A DNA stretch of 64,000 bases from a virus: IMG/VR virus record IMGVR_UViG_3300036979_001044, positions 32,811 to 96,810 of that record. One strand, written 5' to 3'. Below, in pieces: positions 47,477 to 56,687 of this stretch (position 1 is the first letter of the stretch; each line of letters opens with the position of its first letter). A program made the position numbers and the translations under genes. Below the pieces are notes generated by a model that saw only the letters and a list, made by a program, of their open reading frames with translations, ran no database searches and had not been told where the DNA came from.

Positions 47477-48791
47477 GATACTGCTCACCCCACTGTGCGG
47501 TATCGATCTGCATCTCGGCAAGGGCTTTGCGCACCCAGAGGGGCAGCTGCTTCCCCTCTCGGCGCGCGGCCGAGACCTCCGCGTAGCACTCGTGGGGGTT
47601 GGTCGCCGCGTAGTCGGAGATCTGGGACATGATCTCGTTCTTGTGCTGCTTCAGCTGGGGTACGCAGTGCTTCTTCCAGATCTCCCAACAGGAGAGCTTC
47701 GATCCCTTCGCAAACAGGTGCCGGAGCACAAACCCCTCGACGTGCCCGCACTCGTGGCGGATGGTCGAGATAAGCCCATGGCCAGTCGTGAAGTGGCTGT
47801 CCCCTTGAGTCGCCTTGGCGTAGCCCTCGTTGAAGTAGTCCGGGCCGACTACCATCACCGATCGCTGGTAAGGCTTCTGGTCGTAGGGATGCGCGACCGC
47901 AATGGCCGATCCCCCAAGCGGGCACTGCTGGGTGAGATCGATCGGATGCTTTCCAGAAAGTGCGATGTGGTTCTCCTCCGGATGCGCCTTGGCCCACTTC
48001 TTCAGCTGCTCGGGCGTGCCCAAGAAGTGCAGATGAGCAACCACCAACGGATGCTGCTCGCTCAGGGCCTTGTTGGCGGCGTTCGCTGTCGCCAGGTCCG
48101 GATAGCGGACTGCCAGGTGCGGCAGATGCTTCGCAGCCCAGCCGTGAGCTTCTTCCAAAGACTCAGCAGCTCCGGTGAAGTGGTCGACAAGCTGATGCTT
48201 GGGCCTAGCGGTACCGGGGACAGATCCCGATACCGGGTCTGGTTCAGCTGGTGCCGGGGGCGCCACTTTGGGCGATGCCACTTCTGGCGTCTGATTTTTC
48301 GCCGCTGCTTTGAATTCATGTCCCGCTCCTGGAGTGAAACTCTTCGGCAGCATGAGCAACAGGTACTTCCCGCCGGGGATGATCGGCGCCTCGATGTGCT
48401 CGCTCTGCTTGAAGGCGGCGAGTGCCGCGGCCTGGGCGTGAGGGATCTTCACCACCACGAGTCCGGGGTTCGACTTGTGCGGCACCACCTTCCCGCCCAA
48501 CTGCGCCGCCCAGCTGTCGAGCGCCCCGCTCAGCCGCTCAGGGCTCCAGTGCTGGGTGTGCTCGGGGTCCGCCCAGAGCCCGCCCTTGGGGCCAACGAAG
48601 GGACCGGACTTCTCCAGCTTCAGCGACTCGTAGGGCGGGGTTTTGTCTTCACGTAGCCGCTGCTCCTCCCAGTACTTCTCGGGGTTCTTCTGGGACTCGT
48701 CGAACCCCTGCCCGAACAGCTCGCGGATTCGCTTTTCGTCTTTGGGGTCGACCTTCAGATCCACCCCGGTCCTGACCGGCTTCTCGCTCAT
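47469..48791 (-). CDS. Zincin-like metallopeptidase with GPxGG module
   Basis: RHECGH (HExxH) plus ISDYAATNPHECYAE; N-terminal LEK|SGPFVGPKGGLWADPEH. Confidence 0.8.
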   Translation of the reverse strand: MSEKPVRTGVDLKVDPKDEKRIRELFGQGFDESQKNPEKYWEEQRLREDKTPPYESLKLEKSGPFVGPKGGLWADPEHTQHWSPERLSGALDSWAAQLGGKVVPHKSNPGLVVVKIPHAQAAALAAFKQSEHIEAPIIPGGKYLLLMLPKSFTPGAGHEFKAAAKNQTPEVASPKVAPPAPAEPDPVSGSVPGTARPKHQLVDHFTGAAESLEEAHGWAAKHLPHLAVRYPDLATANAANKALSEQHPLVVAHLHFLGTPEQLKKWAKAHPEENHIALSGKHPIDLTQQCPLGGSAIAVAHPYDQKPYQRSVMVVGPDYFNEGYAKATQGDSHFTTGHGLISTIRHECGHVEGFVLRHLFAKGSKLSCWEIWKKHCVPQLKQHKNEIMSQISDYAATNPHECYAEVSAARREGKQLPLWVRKALAEMQIDTAQWGEQYHG

Positions 48792-51700
48792 GCTCCACCC
48801 CAAATTCTGGAACCGGCCGTGGCTCCAGACACGATGTGCGGCGGCAGCTCAGCCGCCTTGCTCTGGATGTACTGCATGGCCTGGCCGTAGAGCGCGTCGG
48901 CGTCTACCGAAAGCGCCTCTGGGGGCATCTGGTCCAGGAATTGCACCGGGTCGCCCTTCTTGGCCTTGGCGAAGACGAACGTCGCCTTGTCCTTGTTCTT
49001 GCTATGAAAAGCGGAGAAGTTCTTGGCCCCGTGGGCGTAGCTGTCGGCGAACAGCCGGGCGTCGACCATGCGCCCGATGCTCTTTGCTCGATCCACCGCC
49101 CCGGGCCAAGTGGTCATCGGATCAGCGGACACAAACAGAAAAACTGGTTTGATTCCGCGCTTCTCGCACTCCTCCATCAACCAAGGATTCTCCGTCCCGT
49201 TTTGCTCGCCGGCCGCATCCCAAGTTGCCGCTACGCTCTGGGCCAGCTCGGGGCGCGCACCCAGCGCCGAGCCCTTCCCCCCAGCCACCCCACCGCTGGT
49301 GACCAGGATCTTCCGCTCGCCCTCGGGCATCTTGGCGATCTCGTCCAGCCGTTTCATGAAGGCGCGCTTGACCACCGCGTTAGCCGTCTGGTGGAGCGCG
49401 GTGTTGTACAACGCCCGGGCCTGGGCGCGATCGGGATGGATGGGCTTGCCCTTCTCGTCCGGGGGCAGATCGGGCCGGGTCCACTCAGGCATCATGCTCT
49501 TGGCCGCGTCGGTCTCGAAAATGAAGTTGTTCTTCTTGACCACGTCGTAAAAGGCGGAGGCCATCCCATCGGAGTCCGCCTCGAAGGCATCGGCGAACTT
49601 GCCCTCCACCGCCCGCTCCTCCGCGGTCAGGTTGGGCAACCGGGGAATGGTGGGCGGCGGAGCGACGGTCTTGCCCGGCAGTCCCACCCTAGCCGCGTCG
49701 GCGACCCCATCCCCATCAGCGTCGACCATGGGATCAACCTGGTAGGCCAGCGGGTCTCCGCCCGCCGGCGGGGTGAGCCCGGCCTGCGGGGCCCGGGGAG
49801 CGCTCTGCATCTGGGGCGCGATCTGCGCCGCCGGAGTCGGGGCGCCCATCTGGGGCGGGGGTTGCGGGGTCTGCGCCTGGGGAGTTGGGGCCGGTTGCGC
49901 GCCAGCTCCGCCCCCAGTCCCTTCCTCGGTCCAAGGAATGGTGTGCTCCGGGTCCGCCCACTTGCCGCCCCGGGGCCCGATAAACATCCCGGCCTTGAAC
50001 AGCGAGAGCTGCGCGCTCTCGGATTCGTCCAGTTCCAGAAAATCGTCCAGAGACTTCTGGAACAGCAGATCCTTCACCTTCTGCTTGTCGACCGCGACCA
50101 GGTGGTATTGCCCACCCTCAAAGGTCGGCTCGGCGATTCCATATTTCTGGAGCTGGGCCAGCGCCTCGGTCGCATGCTTGGGGACCTTGACCATCACCTT
50201 GGTCGGGTCTCCGTAATGCTCCTTGATCTTGATACCATGCTCTTGGATGAATCCAGAAAATGCCTGGGCCGGCACAGACCCCTGCTCAGGCGTTAGCTTT
50301 GGTGCCGGCGCCGGCTCAGGCGTAGCAACCGCAGGTTTAGCCTCCGGGGCCTTCTCGGGCGCAGCTGTTGGCTCAGGAACATACGCAGGAGCCGGCGCGG
50401 GCTTCTTCCCCGCAGATACCGCAGTATCCACAGCTTTGGCCCCCATTTGCACATATGCTTCTTCCGATGCCAGGTAGCCCTTCTTCTTTCCGCCCTTCCC
50501 CTCCCAAGCCCAGAAGACATCGCCACCGATTTCAACTTTGGTGAACGACTGCCCGTACCCCAGATGGATTGTTGTTCCCGCTGCAAGCGAATTCAGCTTT
50601 CCAGAATATTCCGCCGTGATCGTGTCAGTATCTTTCTGCGCTTGCTCCAGCGAAGCTGCAATGCCGGCGGGGTCTACAACATAGGGAGTCGCAGACTCCT
50701 TCTTGACCTCCGCAGCTAGCTTGTCAAACATCTCCACGGTCAGCGGCTTGTCCACCCCGGAACTGGGCGAAGGAACTCCCTGCCAGGGCACCTCGACCAC
50801 CGTCGCCGAACCAGGCAAGATCTCGGTGCCAGCCGTTTGCGGCTCGGGCAGGTTGGGGGCTAGCTCGGGGTGATCCATGTCCGACAAAGCTGGGACCTGC
50901 GAAGTCGCAGCGCTCTCCGCGCCACCGCCCGCCGTGGGCCCGGCGACCTTGCCGTGGATCTGGGTGAGCAGTTCATCCACGGATATCGGCTTGCTCATCC
51001 ATTCCATCTCCGCCGCGGTGAGCTGCTTGCCTTGCGTGAGCTTCTGCCCCAGCTCGTACTTGCGCCGCAAAATGTCGTTCACGTTCTCGTCGAAGAGATT
51101 GCCCTCGGCGGTCATCCAGTAGACGTTGACCGCGTTCTTCTGCCCAATGCGATGGGCGCGATCCTCCGCCTGCCTGACATCGGCCGCCGTCCAGGGCATG
51201 TCATTGAAGACAACCTTATCGGCCGCTGTCAGCGTCGCACCAACGGCCATGGATTGACGGGTTGTCACAAAGACACGCTTCTCACCGATGAAGTTGCCAG
51301 CCTCATCCTTTTTCTGGAACTCCTTCTTGGCCGCTTCACGGGCGTCATCCTGCATCTGCCCGTGATGCAGGATAGCCAGGTCGCCGAACTTCTCGGCGAT
51401 AGCCTTGGCCGCCTCGACCGAATCGCTGAATACGATGACCTTGGAATCGGAGGTATCGAGGATTTCCTGCACCATCGACTCGGTGACCGGAACCTTGCCC
51501 TTGGCAATCTCAGCCTTGAGCTTAGAAAACGCCCCAATCGTATTCTGCTCTCCCATGTCGGGTAGACCAGGGACTGGGTGCTTGACGATCGACGTGGTCT
51601 TTTCTGGAAGGTCTTTGAGCACCGCGGTCTTCTGCCGGGCGATGTAGACCTCGTGCATGTCCATCCAGAGCCCGCCGATGGGTGCGGTCTTGATCGCGTT

Positions 51701-54580
51701 CTTGGTGAACTTCCCTGGCGCCACCATTTCCAGCTGGGTGAATAGCTCCTCCTTCTTGTTCTTCACCGCCGTTCCAGAAAGCAGGATGTGGTGCTTCATC
51801 CCCGCGCCTATTTTCTGAACTGTTTGAGTTTGTTGTGCTTTTTGAGATTTAATTCTGTGGCTCTCGTCGATCACGATGGTGTCGAACCCGGCCGCGGCGA
51901 TAGTCGCCTCGAACTTGGCCAGCGACTCGTAGTTGACCGCCGCGATGTTGATTCCAGAAAGGTCGGGAACCTTGCCCTTCTTTAGATCAGCGGCGACCAG
52001 CTCCACCCCATGAAAGTAGTTGGGAAAGAACTTCTCGGCCTCCTCCAGCCAGTTGCGCCGAACGACCTTAGGACAGACAACGAGCACGCGCTTGTCGTTC
52101 TTCGCCGCCCAGGCAAGGGTCTGAATGGTGTTGTGGGTGACCACATGCCCTTGCACAATGAACGTGCTCTGGAGCGACTCGACCGCGATGCAACGCATCT
52201 CCTCCTCGCGCTCGCTCGGGCAGATATCCACGATGGCCCGGGCCAAGCTCGACGCCTCCCAGTGCTCGGCCTTGCGCTCTAACGAGTAGGGGTTGAACGC
52301 CGCGCGGATGTTAACCCGGTAGCTCGGTAGCCCGATGCGAGTCTCGCCGTTATGCTGATAGCGCGGAGCGCGCTTGATCGAGAGCGAAGCGATCGCCCCC
52401 AGCGATCGGGCAAGAAAGATGACATCGTTTGCCAAACGCCTGGACGAGGTGCTGTAAATGCAGCAAGATCCAATCGGAGTATCCCCATCAGTGTCCATGA
52501 GCCCGGCAAGCAACTGCTCACGTTCCTCAATCGAAGCGTAGAGGTATCTTTCTGGAATGAACTTTTCTGGAGAGAGACAACCTTGCAAGCCCAACTCACG
52601 CAAGCTGTCGAGCACCGGATTCTTTCCGTTGATTCCAGAAATTCCCCACGTCGGACAATCGCCCTCCCCAACCTTGCGGGGAACCACAACGCAACCGGCG
52701 GGCAGTAACGCCGCCACCCGCTCAGTGATCTCCATGTCCGGTTTCGTCCAACTCACCGAAGTACCCCCGATTGCCCCATCACCGATGAGCACACCCAACA
52801 CGTAGGGGTCGATCGGCAACTCGCCGCGATACTCAAACTCCTGGGGCAACGCCACCGGTAGATACCAACGGTATTGGCCCTTGCCGTGCCCAGTACGCAT
52901 CCCTTCTTCCAGAAGCTGGGCGGTGGTGCGGACCTTGCCTTCGTTCTCCCGAAAGCGATCCATCGCAGTGTAGACATGCCAGAGGTGCTCGGCGTCGCAC
53001 TCGACTACTTCCCCGTCGCGGGTCTTGACCGCCCAAACCTTGCGCTGGCCCTGGGGATAGACCCCGGATACCCGCACCGCAGCACCGGTCACCGGATCGA
53101 TGACCTCATCGCCCACCTGCAAGTCCCCGAACCGCCTCCAACCCTTTGGGGTCAACGTAAGTGTTTGATTTACTAGCGCTTTACCAAGACCCATTTCGTC
53201 GCCGATGAGCGCGTTGCCGTTGGCCTTGTCCAGAAAACGCACGCACTCGTTCTGGAAGGACATGAGCTTCAGGTCAGGGCCGAGCTTGGCCTGCACCTCG
53301 GGGATGGGCTTTTGCAATTCAGCGATATCCTGATCGCGCTTGATCCGCGCTTCCTTCACCCCGTGGGTCATGATCTGCCACTTGGGGAAGAGCACGGTGA
53401 GCTTGCCTATCGCCTCCTCGGTCAGCTCCAGATCGAAGGTCTCGCGGGCGTGCGTGACCGGGTTGTACTTGGTGATTCCAGAAATCTGCCCACCCTTGTT
53501 CGTGAAGAGGGTGTTGAAGGCTGGCGCGTAAGGCGCGTAGAACTCGAAGATCCCGTCGGGTCGCTGGCGCACCACGATCACGTCGGTGACCTGGTGAGCG
53601 TTGATGCCCTTGATGTACTCCTCGATCTTGTCCCCGGTGAGTGCCTCGCCCGCAGTGGGCCCAGTGGCCTTTGCCGGGGTGCCGAGGGGTTCCAAAACCT
53701 CGATGCCGAACTTGGCCATGTCCTTCTTGTAGGCGGCGAAGTCGAAGCTGGCCAACTTGAGCTTGCTGATCGCGAAAGCCTTCTTGTTGCCGTCGTAGAT
53801 GCCGCCATACTTTTTCTGGACCTCGCAGTACTCCTTGAAGTCGTTCTTGAGGAAACCGTTGAGCGGCAAGTAGAGCGAGCCGAAGGTGTCGTGGTACTGG
53901 GGCTGGATGCTGAAGCCAGAAGTCTTGGGCTTCTCGACCAGGTGCAGCCCGCACTTGAGGTAAGCCTCTGCCCCGAAGTGGGAAGCGATCTGCCCCTTGT
54001 ACTTCTTCAGCATGTTCTTCATTCCAGAAATGTTGCCGCGCACCGAATGCCAGTAGCCGAAGTCGTAGTGGTTAAAGCCGGTGTCGTCGATGACATTGTG
54101 CATCCCGTGCTGCATAGCGTAGAGCGCGTCGCCGATCTCGATGAGCTTGTCCTTCAGCTCGGCCTCGGGGTAGGGGACGATCTGGGGCGCCTCCGGCTCG
54201 GGTGCCTGGCGACTGACCGGTTGATCTCCAGTCCAGTGGATGGTGTGAGCCGAATCAGCCCACTTGCCCCCGTGCGGCCCGATGAAGAGCGCCTTGCCGA
54301 ACGGTTCCCCCTCCTCCTCCGCTGCTCCGATTCCTCCGATGACCACGTCTGCTATCTCCTGGAGCATGAGGTCCAGTTGGTGGGCGTACAGCTCGCGGGT
54401 TCGCGCGGCCAGCTCCTGGAGCACCGGATACTTCAGCTCCTGCTCCTTCTTGGGCAGAGCCTTCTCCAGCATCTCCGCTATTTCTGGAACTTCGCTGGAC
54501 AGCATCTCGCCCAGCCGTTCCAGGAGCTGCCCCGACTTCTCCCGGATTTCCTCCGGGCTTGCCTGAAGCTCCAACCGCAT
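48788..54580 (-). CDS. Polyvalent protein: intein-containing SNF2-family helicase plus C-terminal zeta-toxin-like P-loop kinase
   Basis: DEMGLGK|intein|TIQ, DESH, LSGT, GATLTAA, QAEDRAHRIGQ. C-terminal SGGVAGGKGS...R...GRMV. Confidence 0.88.
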   Translation of the reverse strand: MRLELQASPEEIREKSGQLLERLGEMLSSEVPEIAEMLEKALPKKEQELKYPVLQELAARTRELYAHQLDLMLQEIADVVIGGIGAAEEEGEPFGKALFIGPHGGKWADSAHTIHWTGDQPVSRQAPEPEAPQIVPYPEAELKDKLIEIGDALYAMQHGMHNVIDDTGFNHYDFGYWHSVRGNISGMKNMLKKYKGQIASHFGAEAYLKCGLHLVEKPKTSGFSIQPQYHDTFGSLYLPLNGFLKNDFKEYCEVQKKYGGIYDGNKKAFAISKLKLASFDFAAYKKDMAKFGIEVLEPLGTPAKATGPTAGEALTGDKIEEYIKGINAHQVTDVIVVRQRPDGIFEFYAPYAPAFNTLFTNKGGQISGITKYNPVTHARETFDLELTEEAIGKLTVLFPKWQIMTHGVKEARIKRDQDIAELQKPIPEVQAKLGPDLKLMSFQNECVRFLDKANGNALIGDEMGLGKALVNQTLTLTPKGWRRFGDLQVGDEVIDPVTGAAVRVSGVYPQGQRKVWAVKTRDGEVVECDAEHLWHVYTAMDRFRENEGKVRTTAQLLEEGMRTGHGKGQYRWYLPVALPQEFEYRGELPIDPYVLGVLIGDGAIGGTSVSWTKPDMEITERVAALLPAGCVVVPRKVGEGDCPTWGISGINGKNPVLDSLRELGLQGCLSPEKFIPERYLYASIEEREQLLAGLMDTDGDTPIGSCCIYSTSSRRLANDVIFLARSLGAIASLSIKRAPRYQHNGETRIGLPSYRVNIRAAFNPYSLERKAEHWEASSLARAIVDICPSEREEEMRCIAVESLQSTFIVQGHVVTHNTIQTLAWAAKNDKRVLVVCPKVVRRNWLEEAEKFFPNYFHGVELVAADLKKGKVPDLSGINIAAVNYESLAKFEATIAAAGFDTIVIDESHRIKSQKAQQTQTVQKIGAGMKHHILLSGTAVKNKKEELFTQLEMVAPGKFTKNAIKTAPIGGLWMDMHEVYIARQKTAVLKDLPEKTTSIVKHPVPGLPDMGEQNTIGAFSKLKAEIAKGKVPVTESMVQEILDTSDSKVIVFSDSVEAAKAIAEKFGDLAILHHGQMQDDAREAAKKEFQKKDEAGNFIGEKRVFVTTRQSMAVGATLTAADKVVFNDMPWTAADVRQAEDRAHRIGQKNAVNVYWMTAEGNLFDENVNDILRRKYELGQKLTQGKQLTAAEMEWMSKPISVDELLTQIHGKVAGPTAGGGAESAATSQVPALSDMDHPELAPNLPEPQTAGTEILPGSATVVEVPWQGVPSPSSGVDKPLTVEMFDKLAAEVKKESATPYVVDPAGIAASLEQAQKDTDTITAEYSGKLNSLAAGTTIHLGYGQSFTKVEIGGDVFWAWEGKGGKKKGYLASEEAYVQMGAKAVDTAVSAGKKPAPAPAYVPEPTAAPEKAPEAKPAVATPEPAPAPKLTPEQGSVPAQAFSGFIQEHGIKIKEHYGDPTKVMVKVPKHATEALAQLQKYGIAEPTFEGGQYHLVAVDKQKVKDLLFQKSLDDFLELDESESAQLSLFKAGMFIGPRGGKWADPEHTIPWTEEGTGGGAGAQPAPTPQAQTPQPPPQMGAPTPAAQIAPQMQSAPRAPQAGLTPPAGGDPLAYQVDPMVDADGDGVADAARVGLPGKTVAPPPTIPRLPNLTAEERAVEGKFADAFEADSDGMASAFYDVVKKNNFIFETDAAKSMMPEWTRPDLPPDEKGKPIHPDRAQARALYNTALHQTANAVVKRAFMKRLDEIAKMPEGERKILVTSGGVAGGKGSALGARPELAQSVAATWDAAGEQNGTENPWLMEECEKRGIKPVFLFVSADPMTTWPGAVDRAKSIGRMVDARLFADSYAHGAKNFSAFHSKNKDKATFVFAKAKKGDPVQFLDQMPPEALSVDADALYGQAMQYIQSKAAELPPHIVSGATAGSRIWGGA
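52130..53179 (-). mobile_element. Class 3 (Ala1, WCT) intein with LAGLIDADG homing endonuclease, 350 aa
   Basis: Starts ALVNQT; EHLW (Trp), MRCIAV (Cys), VTHN (Thr) followed by Thr+1. LAGLIDADG motifs LGVLIGDG and LAGLMDTDG. Inserted in Walker A. Confidence 0.9.
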
Positions 54581-54602
54581 CGCTCGCTCTCCTCTCGATG
54601 AC

Positions 54603-54992
54603 CTATACGTCCACGCCCCAAACGCAGTAGAGCACCTCGGTGTCCTCGGTGGCTGGCGCGGCGACGTTGATCGCTGTGATGTCTGCTTCCAGAAATAGCT
54701 TGGCGAAGCAGCTGGTGAGCGTTCCCGATCTTTTCAGGGTGATGCCCGGAGTAACGGTGTTGAGTTTGACCACGCAGTCCTTGTTGGCCTTGAGGTAGAT
54801 CCCCTTCACCGCCCCGATGTCACCCAGCGAAAGATTCTCGTTGGTGTTCAACGCGACCGTGACCTTTCCAGAAAACACCTTGGTATAGGCGTCGATCACC
54901 ACCTCGGAGAGTTGTTCGTCCAGCGAGAACAACAGATCCTTCATGTCCGCGTCGTCGGCGATTTTCACGATTACCTTGTGCTTGATCCGCAT
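54603..54992 (-). CDS. Small virion-associated protein
   Basis: 129 aa, beta-rich, directly downstream of the portal, with an AAGGAG RBS. Confidence 0.6.
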   Translation of the reverse strand: MRIKHKVIVKIADDADMKDLLFSLDEQLSEVVIDAYTKVFSGKVTVALNTNENLSLGDIGAVKGIYLKANKDCVVKLNTVTPGITLKRSGTLTSCFAKLFLEADITAINVAAPATEDTEVLYCVWGVDV

Positions 54993-55004
54993 AGCTCACT
55001 CTCC

Positions 55005-56669
55005 TTAGAGATTCACGATCCACTTTTTCCGGGCCGACTTGGTCATGCTCGCATTTATATCCCCGCCGGTTTCGTCCTCCCCATCATACTGGCGGAGCAA
55101 GCTCTCAAAGTCGATAGGGTTGCCACCACCCGGCACGGTACCATCGGGCTGAGGCGGGTTGCCCATCTGCGATCCCGCCCCAGGCATCCCGCCCATGGCC
55201 GCGGCTTGCTTCTGCGCGTTGAACTGGAGCCAGGTGGGGTCCAGAATCACCTCGCCCTGTCCGTTAGGCAACGGTGAAAGATCATCCTCCGCGCGCAGCT
55301 CATCGACCGTGCAGAAAGACTTCACCCGCTTCATGTTGAGGTCGGCGATCTCGTCCTTGGTCTTGGCATCCAGCCCAACGAAGTCGAACTCGAATTCCTC
55401 GTTGATCGGCCAGATGATGTACTGGTTGATGGCCTGGGCGATGTGGCGGAGCAGGGGGCGCAGCCCGCGTTCCTTCGACTCGACCACCTTCTCCTTGTTG
55501 CTCGACTCCTGGAGCCCGCCCTTCTGCCCGACGTTGCCATATTTGAAATTGATCTCCGCCGGGTCAATCGTGTACATGGCGCAGGCGATCTTGATCAGGA
55601 AGTCCATGTAGCTGTTGAATTCCATGTCACGGGATGACTGCTGGAGGTTGATGTATTGCAGCTCGTCGGAGTTGGTGATCGGGGTCCGCCAGGCGTTCTC
55701 GACCCCGGAGAGCATCTGGTACCAGTGGCGGCGGAAGGCTTGCAGTTGTTTTTCTGGAACGGTGCCCTTGAAGTTGATGATGCCCTTGGCCGCGCTGCCC
55801 TGCGAGAAGAACTTCTGATTGTACTCCATCGCGTAGAGGATGCTGGTCACCGTGGGAATGAGCATCTCCAGCTCGCTCACCCCGTAGCCGTGCAGCCGGA
55901 TATCGGTCCTGGGGTTCCGGGTCATGAAACACAGCTCATCGCAGGTGTACTCGGCGATGATCATCCCATCATAGATCTGCACGTAGCGGATGGCCGTATC
56001 CAGATCCTCGTTCATGTACGTGCTCGCGCTGTCAGCGAGCCGGATGGTCGCCGCGTCGACCGCGTACCACTCCGCCGGCTGCCCGCGGCGGTTGGGCACC
56101 ACCTCGAAGCACATCTGATCGTAGATCAACGAATCCCAGGCGAGCTTGCGCAAAAACTTCTCGAACGAATCACGCCCACGCGGATTGTCCGTGATGCCCG
56201 TTCGAGTGAGCACGTTCTCCATCTGGGTCATCCATTGCCGCTCAGCCGGACTCGGCTCCTTCTCCTGCTGGCGCAGCTTCAGCCGGTACCCCAGCTGATA
56301 GCGATCGTGCTGCGGACGGCAGAAGGCGGCGATCTGCTGGATGCGAGTCTGGACGATCGCTTGGATGATCGGAACCCGCCAGGTAATCGCCTTCAGCGTT
56401 CCATACGTGACCTGACTGGGCCGATCTTTGAACCCCAACTGCTCGATGATGGAAAACGGATCGAAGAAAAGCGCCTTGGGGTCCTGGTCCGCCTTCTCGG
56501 TTGGGACCGGATTGGAGATCGCCGTATCCGCGTTCAAGTTGCCCGGCATGGTGTCAGCCCCATCGTCGAGCGGAACTGGGGCGAGCACCGTGGCGGCTTT
56601 CTGGAATCCGTCCGCGGCCAGTTGCGCCGCGGTCCAGCCTAGCCTTTGCAGGTTCTCGAAGATGCCCAT
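55005..56669 (-). CDS. Portal protein
   Basis: DSLIYDQ..FE, VDAATIR, YVQI, NPRTD...YGVSELE, FFSQG, DMEF, DPAEINF, KERGLRPLL, TVDELR. Confidence 0.93.
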   Translation of the reverse strand: MGIFENLQRLGWTAAQLAADGFQKAATVLAPVPLDDGADTMPGNLNADTAISNPVPTEKADQDPKALFFDPFSIIEQLGFKDRPSQVTYGTLKAITWRVPIIQAIVQTRIQQIAAFCRPQHDRYQLGYRLKLRQQEKEPSPAERQWMTQMENVLTRTGITDNPRGRDSFEKFLRKLAWDSLIYDQMCFEVVPNRRGQPAEWYAVDAATIRLADSASTYMNEDLDTAIRYVQIYDGMIIAEYTCDELCFMTRNPRTDIRLHGYGVSELEMLIPTVTSILYAMEYNQKFFSQGSAAKGIINFKGTVPEKQLQAFRRHWYQMLSGVENAWRTPITNSDELQYINLQQSSRDMEFNSYMDFLIKIACAMYTIDPAEINFKYGNVGQKGGLQESSNKEKVVESKERGLRPLLRHIAQAINQYIIWPINEEFEFDFVGLDAKTKDEIADLNMKRVKSFCTVDELRAEDDLSPLPNGQGEVILDPTWLQFNAQKQAAAMGGMPGAGSQMGNPPQPDGTVPGGGNPIDFESLLRQYDGEDETGGDINASMTKSARKKWIVNL

Positions 56670-56687
56670 CGGGCCCTCGCTTTCGGG

